A stretch of 64,000 nt of DNA from Takakia lepidozioides. Its lineage: Eukaryota; Plantae; Bryophyta. The notes beneath the pieces were generated by a model, which saw only the letters and a list, made by a program, of their open reading frames with translations, had not been told where the DNA came from and searched no databases. The translations under genes and the position numbers were made by a program. The stretch lies in the NCBI GenBank assembly GCA_030704615.1, contig CM060732.1:75764001-75828000 (forward strand), in the 5' to 3' direction. Shown piece after piece: positions 10,301 to 21,500 of the stretch; the stretch's first letter is position 1, and each line of letters starts with the position of its first letter.

Positions 10301-13300
10301 CAAATAACTTACAGGGGAACAAACCACTGACTGGAAAGACAGTAACTCTCACATGATGGGCATATATGTCCCAGAACAAGGGAGCCACAGCAGCTGTTTG
10401 CCAGTTGTGAAGATGCACAATATCAGCCTGCTTCCCTAGCTTCTTCAAATACTCCAATGACGCTCTACAGAAATACGTGAACCTGCCCTCACCCAACCAG
10501 TGGTTTGCACATCACCACACAATTCAAGCATTCCCTTATTGATGCCAGCACAAGAGAGAGGATATTCAGGTTCACACTCCACCATTTCTTTTTCTTAGTC
10601 GTCATCTACACTTCAAAGTGAACAAGTTTCATTTGCAACCCAGATATGTAATCTACATCCACATACATAAACAGTCAGTAAATCCTTATTACATTGCTGA
10701 AATAGCTCCGTACCTCTCAAAATCATCATCATAGTCATGAAGGTGAGCTCGAGAGAAAAAATCAGCCGGATGAAACGGCTCAATAAAAGTTACAGCAATT
10801 CCATATACAGTCCTGGACACAACAGAAAATGGATCAAGAGAACTATAACTTAGGCACAAGATACTGTATACTGCTCTAAACTGCTGTATACTGATGTATA
10901 CCGTATACTGCTCTACCAGAGTTTGAGAAAATCTTGAGTATTCAAACCAACAAACTCTAAACTTTGTTAGTTCCTTGTCTGCATCATTGATAGATCAAAT
11001 ATTGCCAGAAGACTTTGTATCTATCATAAATCTGTGGGGAGAAGAAAGAGAGAAGAGACAGTGTATCCTACATAAAGTCACTGACCCTGTCCAGAGCTTG
11101 TTTTTATGCCAGTCGCCACCAAAGTAGGAGTATAGATCTGTGTCTACCTCTTGCAGGTTGTCCACGACGGTCAAGTCCAGAGAGGCGTATCTGTACCATA
11201 GCAGTATATTTGCTTCCTTTAGATAATTAAGCAGGATTACACATACTTGAAAACTAATGAAGGACAGATCATTTTGCCCGAATAAGGAAAAAACTTTCCC
11301 TACAGTAAGAAACTTGGGTTCAAGGCCATTTGTCACGCATGTAGTTAGGCCTTGCAGGCCTCTAGACAGAAAGCCTGACTGATGTAAACATGTGGGCCCA
11401 GTATCAGGGCAGCAAAATGTTTGCATTTAATCCACACTAGAAAATCAACCGCCTAAGCCAAAACTCTCTCTCCTTGCTCTGTGTGCACGCACGCGTGTGT
11501 GAATGTGTGTTTTTTACCACAATCCTGGCTTGAGGCTAACAAATGGTACATTTGCCCCATGTAAGTATACCCAAGAAGGTTTAGTCCAACACCTACTTGG
11601 GCAGGATCACCTCTACCAAATGACCCTTCCTGCGTAGAGCCCGGCATAAGTTGGTTACATTGGTTGCCAGCGATCCTGATGACGTGGCCGGCGCCATCTC
11701 TGTGCAGATGTGAACAACATGCAGTCCCCGCCTTCTTCCCAGACACGTCACATTAGTGATACAGAAGTGGTAGTCAAGTGTGCTGCAAAGCGCACCTTTC
11801 AAGAAGAACAAACAATGAGCACAGCGTAGCCCTTCCCCCTCTACTCCTGGTTCCTCTCCTGTCCCTTTATAACACAAAGAAAGGGGTGCTGACAGACAGA
11901 TATTACAATTGATTCCTTACCCTCTATTTGGGTCAAGAAGAGAGAGCAACCCAGCTGCAAGCTCCATGTCATCCTTTGCCCCCACATCTTCAAAGACTTC
12001 AGCAGCCTGTGCATTCCGGGTGCACACAAGCCCCCGCAGAGTGATGGCCTGGTCTGACTTTATTGCTCCTGTCAACACCATTGAATCAATTCGCAAGAGA
12101 AGCTCACTCCAAAATGCAGGGGGGTCAGCTTTCTCCCTCCGACCTATCTTTCCTCGCCTAGTCAGCTTGGGGACACCACCTGCCAAGTGCAATCAAGCAG
12201 ACATGGAAGAGATTACTCAGTAATACACTCCCGAGTGCTAAAGTCTGCCCAGAATTGATTGACATGATTCCTGAAGTAGCTGAAGGTGCACCATCATTGC
12301 ACGGGAGAAGGGTTATCCTAGTTTCCTCCCATAAGGCCATAGCACAACAGTGTCTACAGCTTGTAATACACAGCACAACACACAGTGTCCTATCCTTCGC
12401 TCCCTATGCTGCAGATATACTGCATCCACGATGTGTATTTGCCAACAAGAAGTGCTGCATCATTGGGAGAAGAGATAGAAGACAAAGCTCAAACCTTGGT
12501 CTGGAGGATTTAATTGAATCTTCAAATCTAACCTTGAATGGCTGAAACTGAAATGGAATCCTCAAACTGCTTGAGATTTCTTTGCAAGACATGACACTCA
12601 ACAACGCCTGCCTGATTTTCAGCCTCTAACTGCGCGACACGTGCCAGTAACAGCTCCTTGTCACGCTCAGCCGTCTGAAGTTGCTCCATTGCTATCAAGC
12701 GCTGCTTGTTCAAATACAGCATGTCTGCCACGCCCATTTCAAGCCCCCAAAAAACATAAATTCTACCAAAAACCAGTTGAATAACTGACAGTAAGATATA
12801 CCAAACACCACTACATGAACGAGAGCCTGAAGAGACATATTGAACCCACTTTGTTGTGCATCATTGAAGAGCTTCATCACATCATGTGATCCATTCGCCA
12901 CTGCACCTTTCTCTCCTACCTGTAGTACACGAGTCTTCCACAAGTCGTTATTCCAACATTCGGGCCAACAATGGTTGAGCATCCCAATATGAATGCATTA
13001 CCATGGCACCTACATTGTACTTTTGGCCTCTTCAGTTGGTCTAACCACAAGTAATTTGCAGCATGCCACCAACAGCCCTTAGACCCAATCCAGTATGTTC
13101 ATTGCCTATAGCTATAACACCGGTAACTGGTCACAGTCATCGTGCCCTATGTAACCTGTTGTAAGAACCTTCTAGTTAGTCTTTCAAAGCATAATCATGA
13201 ATTCTCCCTACATTAAGCTGGTTAGAATAATATTTTTGACAAAAACATTACACACACAGTTAAAGAGGGATACCTGCAGAGCATCAACACCCCTTCCTTG

Positions 13301-14781
13301 CTCCCTGCACGCAATACCCCCACCATTTAGCTATAAAACACCTAAGAAATCCCATGCTTCAGCACTTGGTTAAAGCACTCTGGTGAGTGTGAGATTGCTT
13401 GTGGAGCATGAATCACACCTTAGCTGGACCAAACAAACAAAGAAGTTCGTACACACATAGCTTGTGCACTAAACCCTCGGGTGTAACCATCTAGACCCTG
13501 GAGTTTTGATATTAAAACCCAATGATGTTCTGCTCAAACTGGGAGCGGGGTCAATGGCCACAAGGCTACGGCAAACAACGTCTTATGAGTACATTAAAAC
13601 CCAATGGTGTTGAACCAACCAATATTTTGCAGCCAAACCATATACGGGTGGCTGCAATAACAATGCATTGAACATGTTCAAACAAATGATATCACACCTA
13701 ACATGAGCCCAAGCGAAATAACACTGTAGCTAAGAGAGCAGCCCACCTAGCCAATACACTCCGCCATTCACGTCTTGCAAAATGTAATGAATTACAGTCA
13801 CTTATGGTTGAGGCAGAGGAACCCAGAAGCATCACCCATGTAGAAGTACATGTGAGGGATTCCAAATGCTGATCCCAACTCTTTGGGTGCCAAGAATGAA
13901 GGCCGAGTGACGACTCTTGAGGCAATATAGGAATGCTGAGACTATTAGAGGCTTAAAAAATTGAACTCCTAAATTCATGCAGTGTGAAGATTGCACTCAT
14001 AAGACGCTGTTTGCCGTAGCCTTGTGGCCATTGACCCCGCGCCCAGTTTGAGCGGGAACAAAAGGAACATAACCTACCTCTGTCAGGGGCTGACGTTGGT
14101 AGTAAGACTTACCTTCATATAAAGAATTAATCCGGGTTTTCCAGATATCCTCTAGAAATCCCATGCAGTGTGAAGAGTTGGAACCTTTGATCCAAATATA
14201 TGAAAATGGTGAGAATTGAAACTAGCCTTTCCGGAGAAATGTTTGAGTCATGCATGGCTGAATTCTGACGTGAAACTGTTGCAAGGAGTAAACAAGCACA
14301 CAACTGCCATGCGTGTGTAACTTCCACGGTAACTTTTAAATGTCACCCCCTCCATGAACAGGCGCAAACACAATTAATGAGCTACCAGGAGGAATTTCGC
14401 AATGACTAGAGACTCGCAAACTAAACCAGTGTACTGATAATTAAGTCAGCATGAAAATCAGCTGTCAGGTTGTGGAGCGCACCCACATTGTACTTAGCAC
14501 AGAAAACACAATTCCAAGAGGGTTGCCAGCAGCACAGACACTGAAGGCGTTACCGTACGAGTCTCCGAACTGCACCCATCCGGGCGTTGTAACGGGCTTG
14601 TTAAGCAAAATACAGAAGATGTAGGGCCAACAACTCACCCATGTGAGGCCTGTATAGCAACCAGGCGGCGGCGAGAGCTATGAGATCCTGAAGTTATGGC
14701 AGGGTACCCACTCAGCAGTCCACCCGACCAGGCTGCTCCCGCTGCCTGAGGCAAAGCCCCAACTGCCCCAAAGAGCCCCAT
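4393..14781 (-). CDS. SS5: Non-canonical starch synthase 5 (SSV)-like protein, ~20 exons (e.g. 14781-14639, 13304-13274, 12919-12850, ~12725-12609, 12179-11921, ~11732-11595, ~11189-11087, ~10813-10714, ~10483-10353, 9610-9560, ~8877-8767, ~8572-8463, ~8323-8151, 7709-7623, 6061-5990, ~5828-5712, 5533-5472, ~5018-4913, 4512-4393)
   Basis: Transit-peptide-like exon 1; coiled coil NMLYLNKQRLIAMEQL; SS4/SS5 motif FWSELLLRIDSMVL; GT5 segments LHVVHICTEMAP, DIVHLHNWQTAAVAPL, GGVVYSNKVITVSP, GIFNGLDETMWDP; GT1 segments AASDILVCPAIFEP, LIAMRYG, KDSSWD. The KxGGL motif reads SSGSL and the SS4 TRLVPQKG segment reads VPEVSELE, which fits SS5. Confidence 0.88.
4789..4888 (-). mobile_element. 5'-truncated LINE 3' end, copy 1 (SS5 intron)
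   Basis: Family 3' terminus ...ggccacaaggctacggcaaacaacgtcttatgagtac on the minus strand; 14-bp TSD gaaagagagagaga at 4775-4788 and 4889-4902. Confidence 0.85.
6724..6795 (-). tRNA. tRNA-like cloverleaf inside the 3' LTR (non-canonical anticodon arm, probably not a decoding tRNA)
   Basis: GGATGGG TA GCTC AGTGGTA GAGC A CCCCA CCGGAA TGGGG GAGGTC CTAGG TTCAATC CCTAG CCCGACC A: A box, B box, D and T stems, acceptor stem with one mismatch. Confidence 0.65.
6944..7015 (-). tRNA. tRNA-like cloverleaf inside the 5' LTR (identical to the copy at 6724-6795)
   Basis: Same 72-nt sequence, offset by 220 bp. Confidence 0.65.
9059..9126 (+). mobile_element. 5'-truncated LINE 3' end, copy 2 (more diverged)
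   Basis: aactgggcgcggggtctatggccacaaggctacggcaaaacgtcgtatgagtac; degenerate 14-bp TSD tctctggctccctc / tctttggctcactc. Confidence 0.8.
9683..10231 (+). mobile_element. 5'-truncated LINE, copy 3 (longest, ~550 bp), including a decayed ORF2 C-terminus
   Basis: Translates, with lesions, to TRLKFKLRAGSLPLN...[20 protein letters not shown]...ALLGPSYW...FLDDIWKTQ (CCHC knuckle), followed by the family 3' UTR; TSD tctaccatg at 9674-9682 and 10232-10240. Confidence 0.88.
13525..13592 (+). mobile_element. 5'-truncated LINE 3' end, copy 4 (68 bp)
   Basis: Family 3' terminus; exact 14-bp TSD attaaaacccaatg at 13511-13524 and 13593-13606. Confidence 0.88.
13991..14161 (-). mobile_element. 5'-truncated LINE 3' end, copy 5
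   Basis: Family sequence; exact 15-bp TSD catgcagtgtgaaga at 13976-13990 and 14162-14176. Confidence 0.88.
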
Positions 14782-15584
14782 GCTCTTCTCTCTCTCACAC
14801 GAACTGATACCAAACTCAGTCAATGCTTGAGGATCTTTGCCTTTGTACTTGGAGCACACCTCCTTGAGCAACCCACCTGCGAGATGTGGGACACATCCTT
14901 TACGAGTAGGATGGTACACTCCTTCATATACTCACGCATTCTCGGAATGACAAAGACAGGGGGTCCCGTTCCCGTCAGCACCCTTACACGTGTGGGTCGC
15001 ACTGCCTCGCCAGCCGCCTTCCTCGGCGAGGGTGTCTCTCCCCCGGTCCTGCCGCCTTGTTTATAATAATAAGATCCCGCCTGCCCGCTCTCGCCGGTTT
15101 GTCAATGATCTTTGTAGGAAAGGGAAAGCGTGCTGCTGATGGTCTTCTGGGAAACCATCACTTGGTCCTCTGTTGTCTCACAATTCTCACACAGACTCAG
15201 AGGGTGCAGCTGTGTAGACTTGGGCGCTTTGTCTTTGCAGAGCATTCCACGTATTGGGTCAATCCAATATTGTCAGTATTGCAGGGTGAGGTTTTGGCTC
15301 CCTTCTGGGTGCACTGCTTTTGTTTTTGTATCATAGAGAAGGTGATCTGCTTCCGTTTTGTCACTAGGGGTCTCAATCCCAACCTGCGCAGATTTTCTGC
15401 ATCTCGTGATATTGTGGGTTTGCCAGGGATTCTGTGACGGGGCCAAGATGCCAAGGATTGCCACAGGCGAGGGAGAAGGTGTCATGTGTGTGCAGAGGGC
15501 CAGGCAGTGACTCTCGCTTTTGAACAGGAAAATTTCATGCCCTGGCGTAGAGAGCTGATGAAGGATTAGAAGTGCGGGGTCGGC
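14782..15584. promoter_or_regulatory. Short divergent (bidirectional) promoter/5'UTR region shared by SS5 and WDR48
   Basis: The two start codons point apart and are only ~800 bp from each other. Confidence 0.6.
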
Positions 15585-18500
15585 ATGCATCGTGTAGGCA
15601 GCACAGGAAACACTGCCAACTCAGCTCGCCCTCGAAAAGAGCGTCGAATCACTTACGTGTTGCGTGACTCCAATGATTCCAAGGTTAGAGAAAATTTCTT
15701 CGCAGCTGTGTTGCTTTTGCAGCCTCGCGTGTCCTGATTGGGGTCGCCTCCGTCAGAGAATGACAGTATTGGGACTTTGAAGGCACATTTCACTGCTGCG
15801 TCAGTGCAAATTATCGCCCCACTCTTTAGAAGGCAATCTATATGTCACAAATTCAAAGCTGGTTTGCATGTGTCGTGGATTTGTCAATAGAGTAGTATGA
15901 ATGCAGCAGTTGTACGAAATGTAAAAGCGGAAGGTTTCGTGGTTTAAACAGGCCTCGGAGCGGCCGGCCTCCCCTGTGTCTTGAGGGGCTTTTGGGAGAG
16001 GCCTGCCCAGCAGCAGCAGGCAATCGGTGGATGTCTGGATCACCAACCACGAGTGATGACCCATTTGATAATTTCTGACCTCTGTAACCCTAACTTCGCT
16101 GTGGAACTTATTCTGCAGTTCCCCTTGCTTCTGAGGGTTCCGTTTTTCACATTGGACCCCAGCAACGCCCAAATTTTGTCATGGTCACTTTGTTCTTGTT
16201 TGCAGATGAGTGTTGGACATGGAAATCTGCTGAATGGAGCTCAATGGTAATAGCGCAAGATGACAGGGAACTAACAAAGATGGATGTGGGGGCTGCAGCA
16301 CTGCTCAGGGATCAACTGTGTGACTGGTCCAAGTGGTTTGGGAAGGAGCAATGATCATTTGTTTACTGGGAGTCGGGATGGAACTTTGAAGAGATGGGAG
16401 CTGGGTGCGGATGCTGCAGTATGCCATGCCACATTCGAATCGCATGTGGATTGGGTACATATTCTGAGCTCCTCCACAGTCAAGACTATAGGAGTATACA
16501 AGTAGATGCTCACAGATAGGAGATAGGACATCACTGCTTGATTCAAAATCCAGGGCAGTCATTGGGCTCTTTGCCTTGACACTTTTTAGGGATGCTCACT
16601 GTCATCAGACTTGTGGAAAGTTACTGTACCAGACTGTGAGCAAAATCTTCATTTTCTGTGTGGCAGAAAATTCGATATTCCGCCGATGTCCTTGCTATGG
16701 CAATCTATTTATCTCCACGTACAGAATTATTTGGCATAGCTTCTGTGTTTTGAATAAATCAAGAGAAAAAGCCATGAGTTGTTTGCTGATGCAAGGACAT
16801 CTCCTTCAGATGAGATGTAGCTGTGGGAAGTGGCTGTTAAATTTTTCTCCCCTTGTCATGATCTCTGTGTAGGTGAATGATGTGGTGGTGACGGGTGAGG
16901 ACACACTTGTTTCGTGCTCCTCAGATACCACACTGAAGGTGCATTCTACAGTCCGCTCTTTCTTGAAGGCTCACATATTCCAGGTTGCCTGAAAAGTCCG
17001 CGTGTCTGGTGGTATTGCCACTGTCACCGTGCTCCACTTTCTGGGGTTTAGTATAATTTGAGATGCCAAAGTCAAGGATTTTTCCCAGTGTGCAGGTAGC
17101 AATATAGCCCAAGGCTGGCATGGTACTCGAAACTCAGGTCAGCATAGTAAGGGGTTAAAAGCGATTGGTGGTTCATTCATCATACATTCAATTCCTGTAG
17201 GTCTTCCAAACTAGTTCATCTGTTTGTAGACTCTGTGGAAATAGCAGAATCGAATCTGACCTGTAAGTGGGGGTTTGTGTCTGCTCGTGCTGGGGGATGT
17301 ACAGACATGGAGGGCATTTTCTCATGGGGAGTGCACTCGAACATTCAGGGAGCATTCAGACTATGTCACTTCACTTGCAGCTGCACGCCACGTGAGAATA
17401 CTGAAACCTGATAGTGGGTTTAGTTGTCTGCTGACTTTGGCAATAGTTTGCTTTTTTCTCTTTGTAACCAAGAGCTGGCACCAAACATCACCATGAATCA
17501 ATCAGCTGGGTTGACATTGTTAGAATTCCTTTCATTGCACTTCTGAAAATTCCCTCCTTAGCGTTGCTGTGTCTTTGTGCTTCAGGGCAGGTGTCAATCT
17601 TTCCTCGCCTTCAGTACTAAAGCACATATCTTGTACCCCAAAATGGTTTTGAGTAGAGAGTATGGGCTTTCAAGGCTGCTAGTCATTCCAATGTAAGAGT
17701 TGTAGTGGGACTTCCAGGTCAAGAAGCTATGTTAACCTGTGAAATATCTACTTGACCTCTACCGCAATTTAATATTGGGGCTATTTCCTGGGTCTTTTTA
17801 TTAGTGCATAAAAACCATCCTGTTGGTGCAGCTCGCATCCTGTTTCACCACACTTGTCAATTTAATCATGCAGAGGTAGCAACTGGAATTGTGTGTGCCA
17901 ATATGTAACGTATTAAGTACTTTTGGTGCCTCAGAGCAACATTGTGGCTTCTGGTGGCCTGGGCCGTGAGGTATTCGTATGGGATTTGGAAGCAGCTATG
18001 GTGCCAGTGGCTAGGGCTCCAAATGGAGCTAGTGACGAGGGAGGATATGATGGGGGTTATTCATCGGGTGTCGTAGTGCCTGGTGATCGGTATGGCACTT
18101 CAAACAGCCATGTTACTGCGACTCCTGTATCCAATCCTCCCAAAGGTTATGCCCCCGTCCCAGCCAAGGGCCACAAGGAGTCTGTGTATGCGCTGGCTAT
18201 GAACGACGTCGGCACCATTCTTGTGTCAGGGGGTACTGAGAAGGTGGGTGTTGTCTACATTTTTATGAACTCTACATACACAAATGGCAATGTTGTTTCA
18301 TTTGGTTAATGCAGTTGGTCTGTACTTGGAATTTGTGTCGATGTAAACTCTGCAAGCTCCTCCTGTGTTGTGAAAACGAGTTCTTTCCACGTGAATGTGT
18401 GCTTTGCACAAGAAAAGTCCAAGAACTGCCTGAGTACATTTGATATGCTTACTTTCCTTTTGGTGTACCTCTCATGTATCCTTAGTGAGGAAGCTCCCAA

Positions 18501-21500
18501 GAGATATTGTCATTGTTCAGTAGGCAGCCCTGGGATCAAATGTTCCTGTGACCTGTTCTGTCAAATGGGTGGGTGGGCTGTCGCTTCCAGAGTGGGTGGC
18601 TTGGGGCTTTGGAGTGCCCGCGTGAAAAATCTGGCAATTAAGAATCCTGGTTGCCTGATAGGTGGTCATTAGAAACCAACCTCTGCCTAGAGCTAGGCAA
18701 TACATCCCACTATGGCAGGCTCTGCCTCCTGGGATCCCTATCTGAGGTTTTAATTTTCATGATTTTGGATCTATGCAACTGGGATGCAGGTTGTGAGAGT
18801 GTGGGACCCAAGGAGTGGAGCAAAGCTAATGAAACTCAAGGGTCACAGCGACAATGTGCGCGCTCTACTTCTGGACCCGTCAGGAAGGTATTGATCCATG
18901 CATATGGTTCTTGTAACTGTTTAGTGTTACTACCTCTTTGAGTCGGTCAAAGTGAATATTCATACCAATATGCATGTTGATCGGTGTGGGGATGGGGACA
19001 GGTTGTGTTTGTCGGGATCTTCAGACTCCATAATTCGGTACGCAGCCTTGTCTATTGGGTTCCTAGTAAGGGTCTTTGATTCTTACCATCATGGTTAAGT
19101 ATTAGTAAGGGCTCGATGGTTCTCATAATGGCTTGGTGCCGCCTGTACTAAGGGAGGTTGTCCAGCAAAGTGTTAGTGTCGTTAACACAGGTGAGAATCT
19201 TTTTCTTCCTTACTCATTCCGGGCTTCTTAGTAAGTATTCTATAGTATAGAGCAGGCTTCCACCACACTCTGATGTGATTATGGCATCATTGCCCTGTTG
19301 GATAGCCCTGGGTTCAAAACAATATAGGCCTGTGCTGGAGGTTGTAATTCGCAGCCAGCCCTGCAAGTTACTGGGCACAGGGATGGTTAGCCCATTGGCG
19401 TGACAAGACCTGCAGAAAGACCATGCCGGCCGGTAGCCAGTTAACTAACCCCGTGGAAGTCCAAAAACTGGGCCCTGGGTTCCTTAATGGATGTGTCCTA
19501 ACCACTATGGGCAGGGCAACACAGAAACATGTGCGTCAAAGTAGAGCATTGTGGTTTACTTCAGCTTGAGTAAGTGCCGCAAGTGCCGCCCTGGCGGAGC
19601 TTGTTTTTTTGAGCTGTTTTCACAAAAAGTGACATGCAACTCAAAACAACAGGGATCAGACGTACTATTGGAAACATTGTTCTTTTCAACATGTTGTCCA
19701 CTCAGTTGTGAACAATGTTACTTGTATGAATGATGCTGTGCTTGCTGGATATCTGGCAGGCTTTGGGATCTTGGGCAGCAGCGCTGTGTGCATTCATATG
19801 CAGTACATACTGACTCCGTCTGGGCCTTGGCCAGCACTCCTTCATTTAGCCATGTCTACAGTGGAGGCCGGGATAACTCTGTAATCTTCGTAATCTTTGC
19901 CTCACAGTGATCATTTTGCCACACCTCTTGTTGAGCCCCTCCTTTGGGCCTCCTTCTGACTCCCTCTCTCATCCTAAATATCTCCCTGACAGTCCTACTG
20001 TGTTAGGCTTATCATTGGATGCCTCTCAGGCTTACTTAGTGCTTGCTGTAGTTGTAGAGTAATGCATATATTCTTATGGAAGAAGGTATGTATATTGTAG
20101 GTGTATCTCACGGACTTGGTTACCCGGGAAAGTACACTACTGTGTGTGGAGCAACAACCAGTACTGCGGTTGGCATTGCAGGGGGATGACGGGTTGTGGG
20201 TGGCCACCACTGATTCATCCCTTAACAAATGGCCGGCTCGTGAGCGAGCTTCATTCAGAACCTTCCACAGAGCTAGCTCCTTTGTGGCAGGCTCCCTCCC
20301 ATTTGCACGAGCGCGGGCATGCTTGGATGGCTCTGCTCCTGTACGTGTGCTCTCTTCTGTCTTTCTTCACATTCCACAGGAATATTTTGTCATTTGAACC
20401 TGTATTCACAGACTAGTACTTTTTCAGATCTGTGAAATCAGCGATCAGCGAGTAACCTTGACCTAGTACTGTTCATTGCTAGATGTAGTCAATTGACAAA
20501 CCCACACACACACACTTCCTTTGAAGGGCTGGTATTTGGTGAGATTCATCAGCTTACATTTGTTATTTAAGATGGGTGGCCTACAGAGCAAAAGTTGTAC
20601 ACGTCTTGGCAGGCCCTCCAACAGCAAATCAAGTCTATCCAAGATAGTCAGAGAAGGCAAACTTTGTGGTGCTGGTGCTTTAGGATTTTAGTAGACACTT
20701 TGTTTGCTGTTTATAGTGGGGCCCCAATGAGCTCAGTCAACAGGTTTGTTAGGTGTACCCGGGAAAGCTGATCTTGCCCCTTATGCAATGTCTAATAAAC
20801 AGCAGCTTTGATGGAAATCTGGAGAAAAATCTTGCTACTGGACGGACTATCAAGGAAAGTTTCATATTCTCCACTGAGTATCTGGAGTTCAAATCAGGTG
20901 ATGATTATGCTCATGGAATGGGGGGTGCAGGTTCCATCATACACCGAGCCAACTTCAGTTATTCCAGGGACTGCAGGCCTTGTGCGTCATGCAATCTTGA
21001 ATGACCGACGGCATGTACTAACCAAGGTTCACTTCCGAGTCTCTTTGTTGTTTCACAGTCTGGTGTCTACAAGAATGTTTGTAAATGTATTTTGTGATAT
21101 TGGACACAAAAACTATGTTGATATGAGGATAGTTTTGCTTGATTCTTACATCAGAGTACATATCACTTAAGACAAAGTGATGGTCATGTGTGTGTATAGG
21201 ATGCAACAGGCATCGTGAAGCTCTGGGAAATAACTCGAGGGGCTGTGATCAAAGACCTTGGCAAGGTACTCCTGCTGACATCAGTTTTTTCGCTCCTTGT
21301 TTGTCATCCCTTAACTGGATGTGGTTGGAATTCATCACATCATAGCCATTGTAGTCTGCTTCATTGACGTCAAAATGCACTGCCATCATAATTCCCAGTT
21401 TGGAGATTTGGTAGCTCAATTGTTGCAACAATCAGGTCCTCCCCATGGTTTCAGACTTGTTGATAGATGTCTTGGATCTTCCTCTTGGGGCTATTTATTC

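Noticed and set aside
19419-19431. Minus-strand GGCCGGCATGGTC, identical to the start of the HDV ribozyme
   Set aside because: Only 13 nt match; I found no downstream P1 partner or nested pseudoknot.
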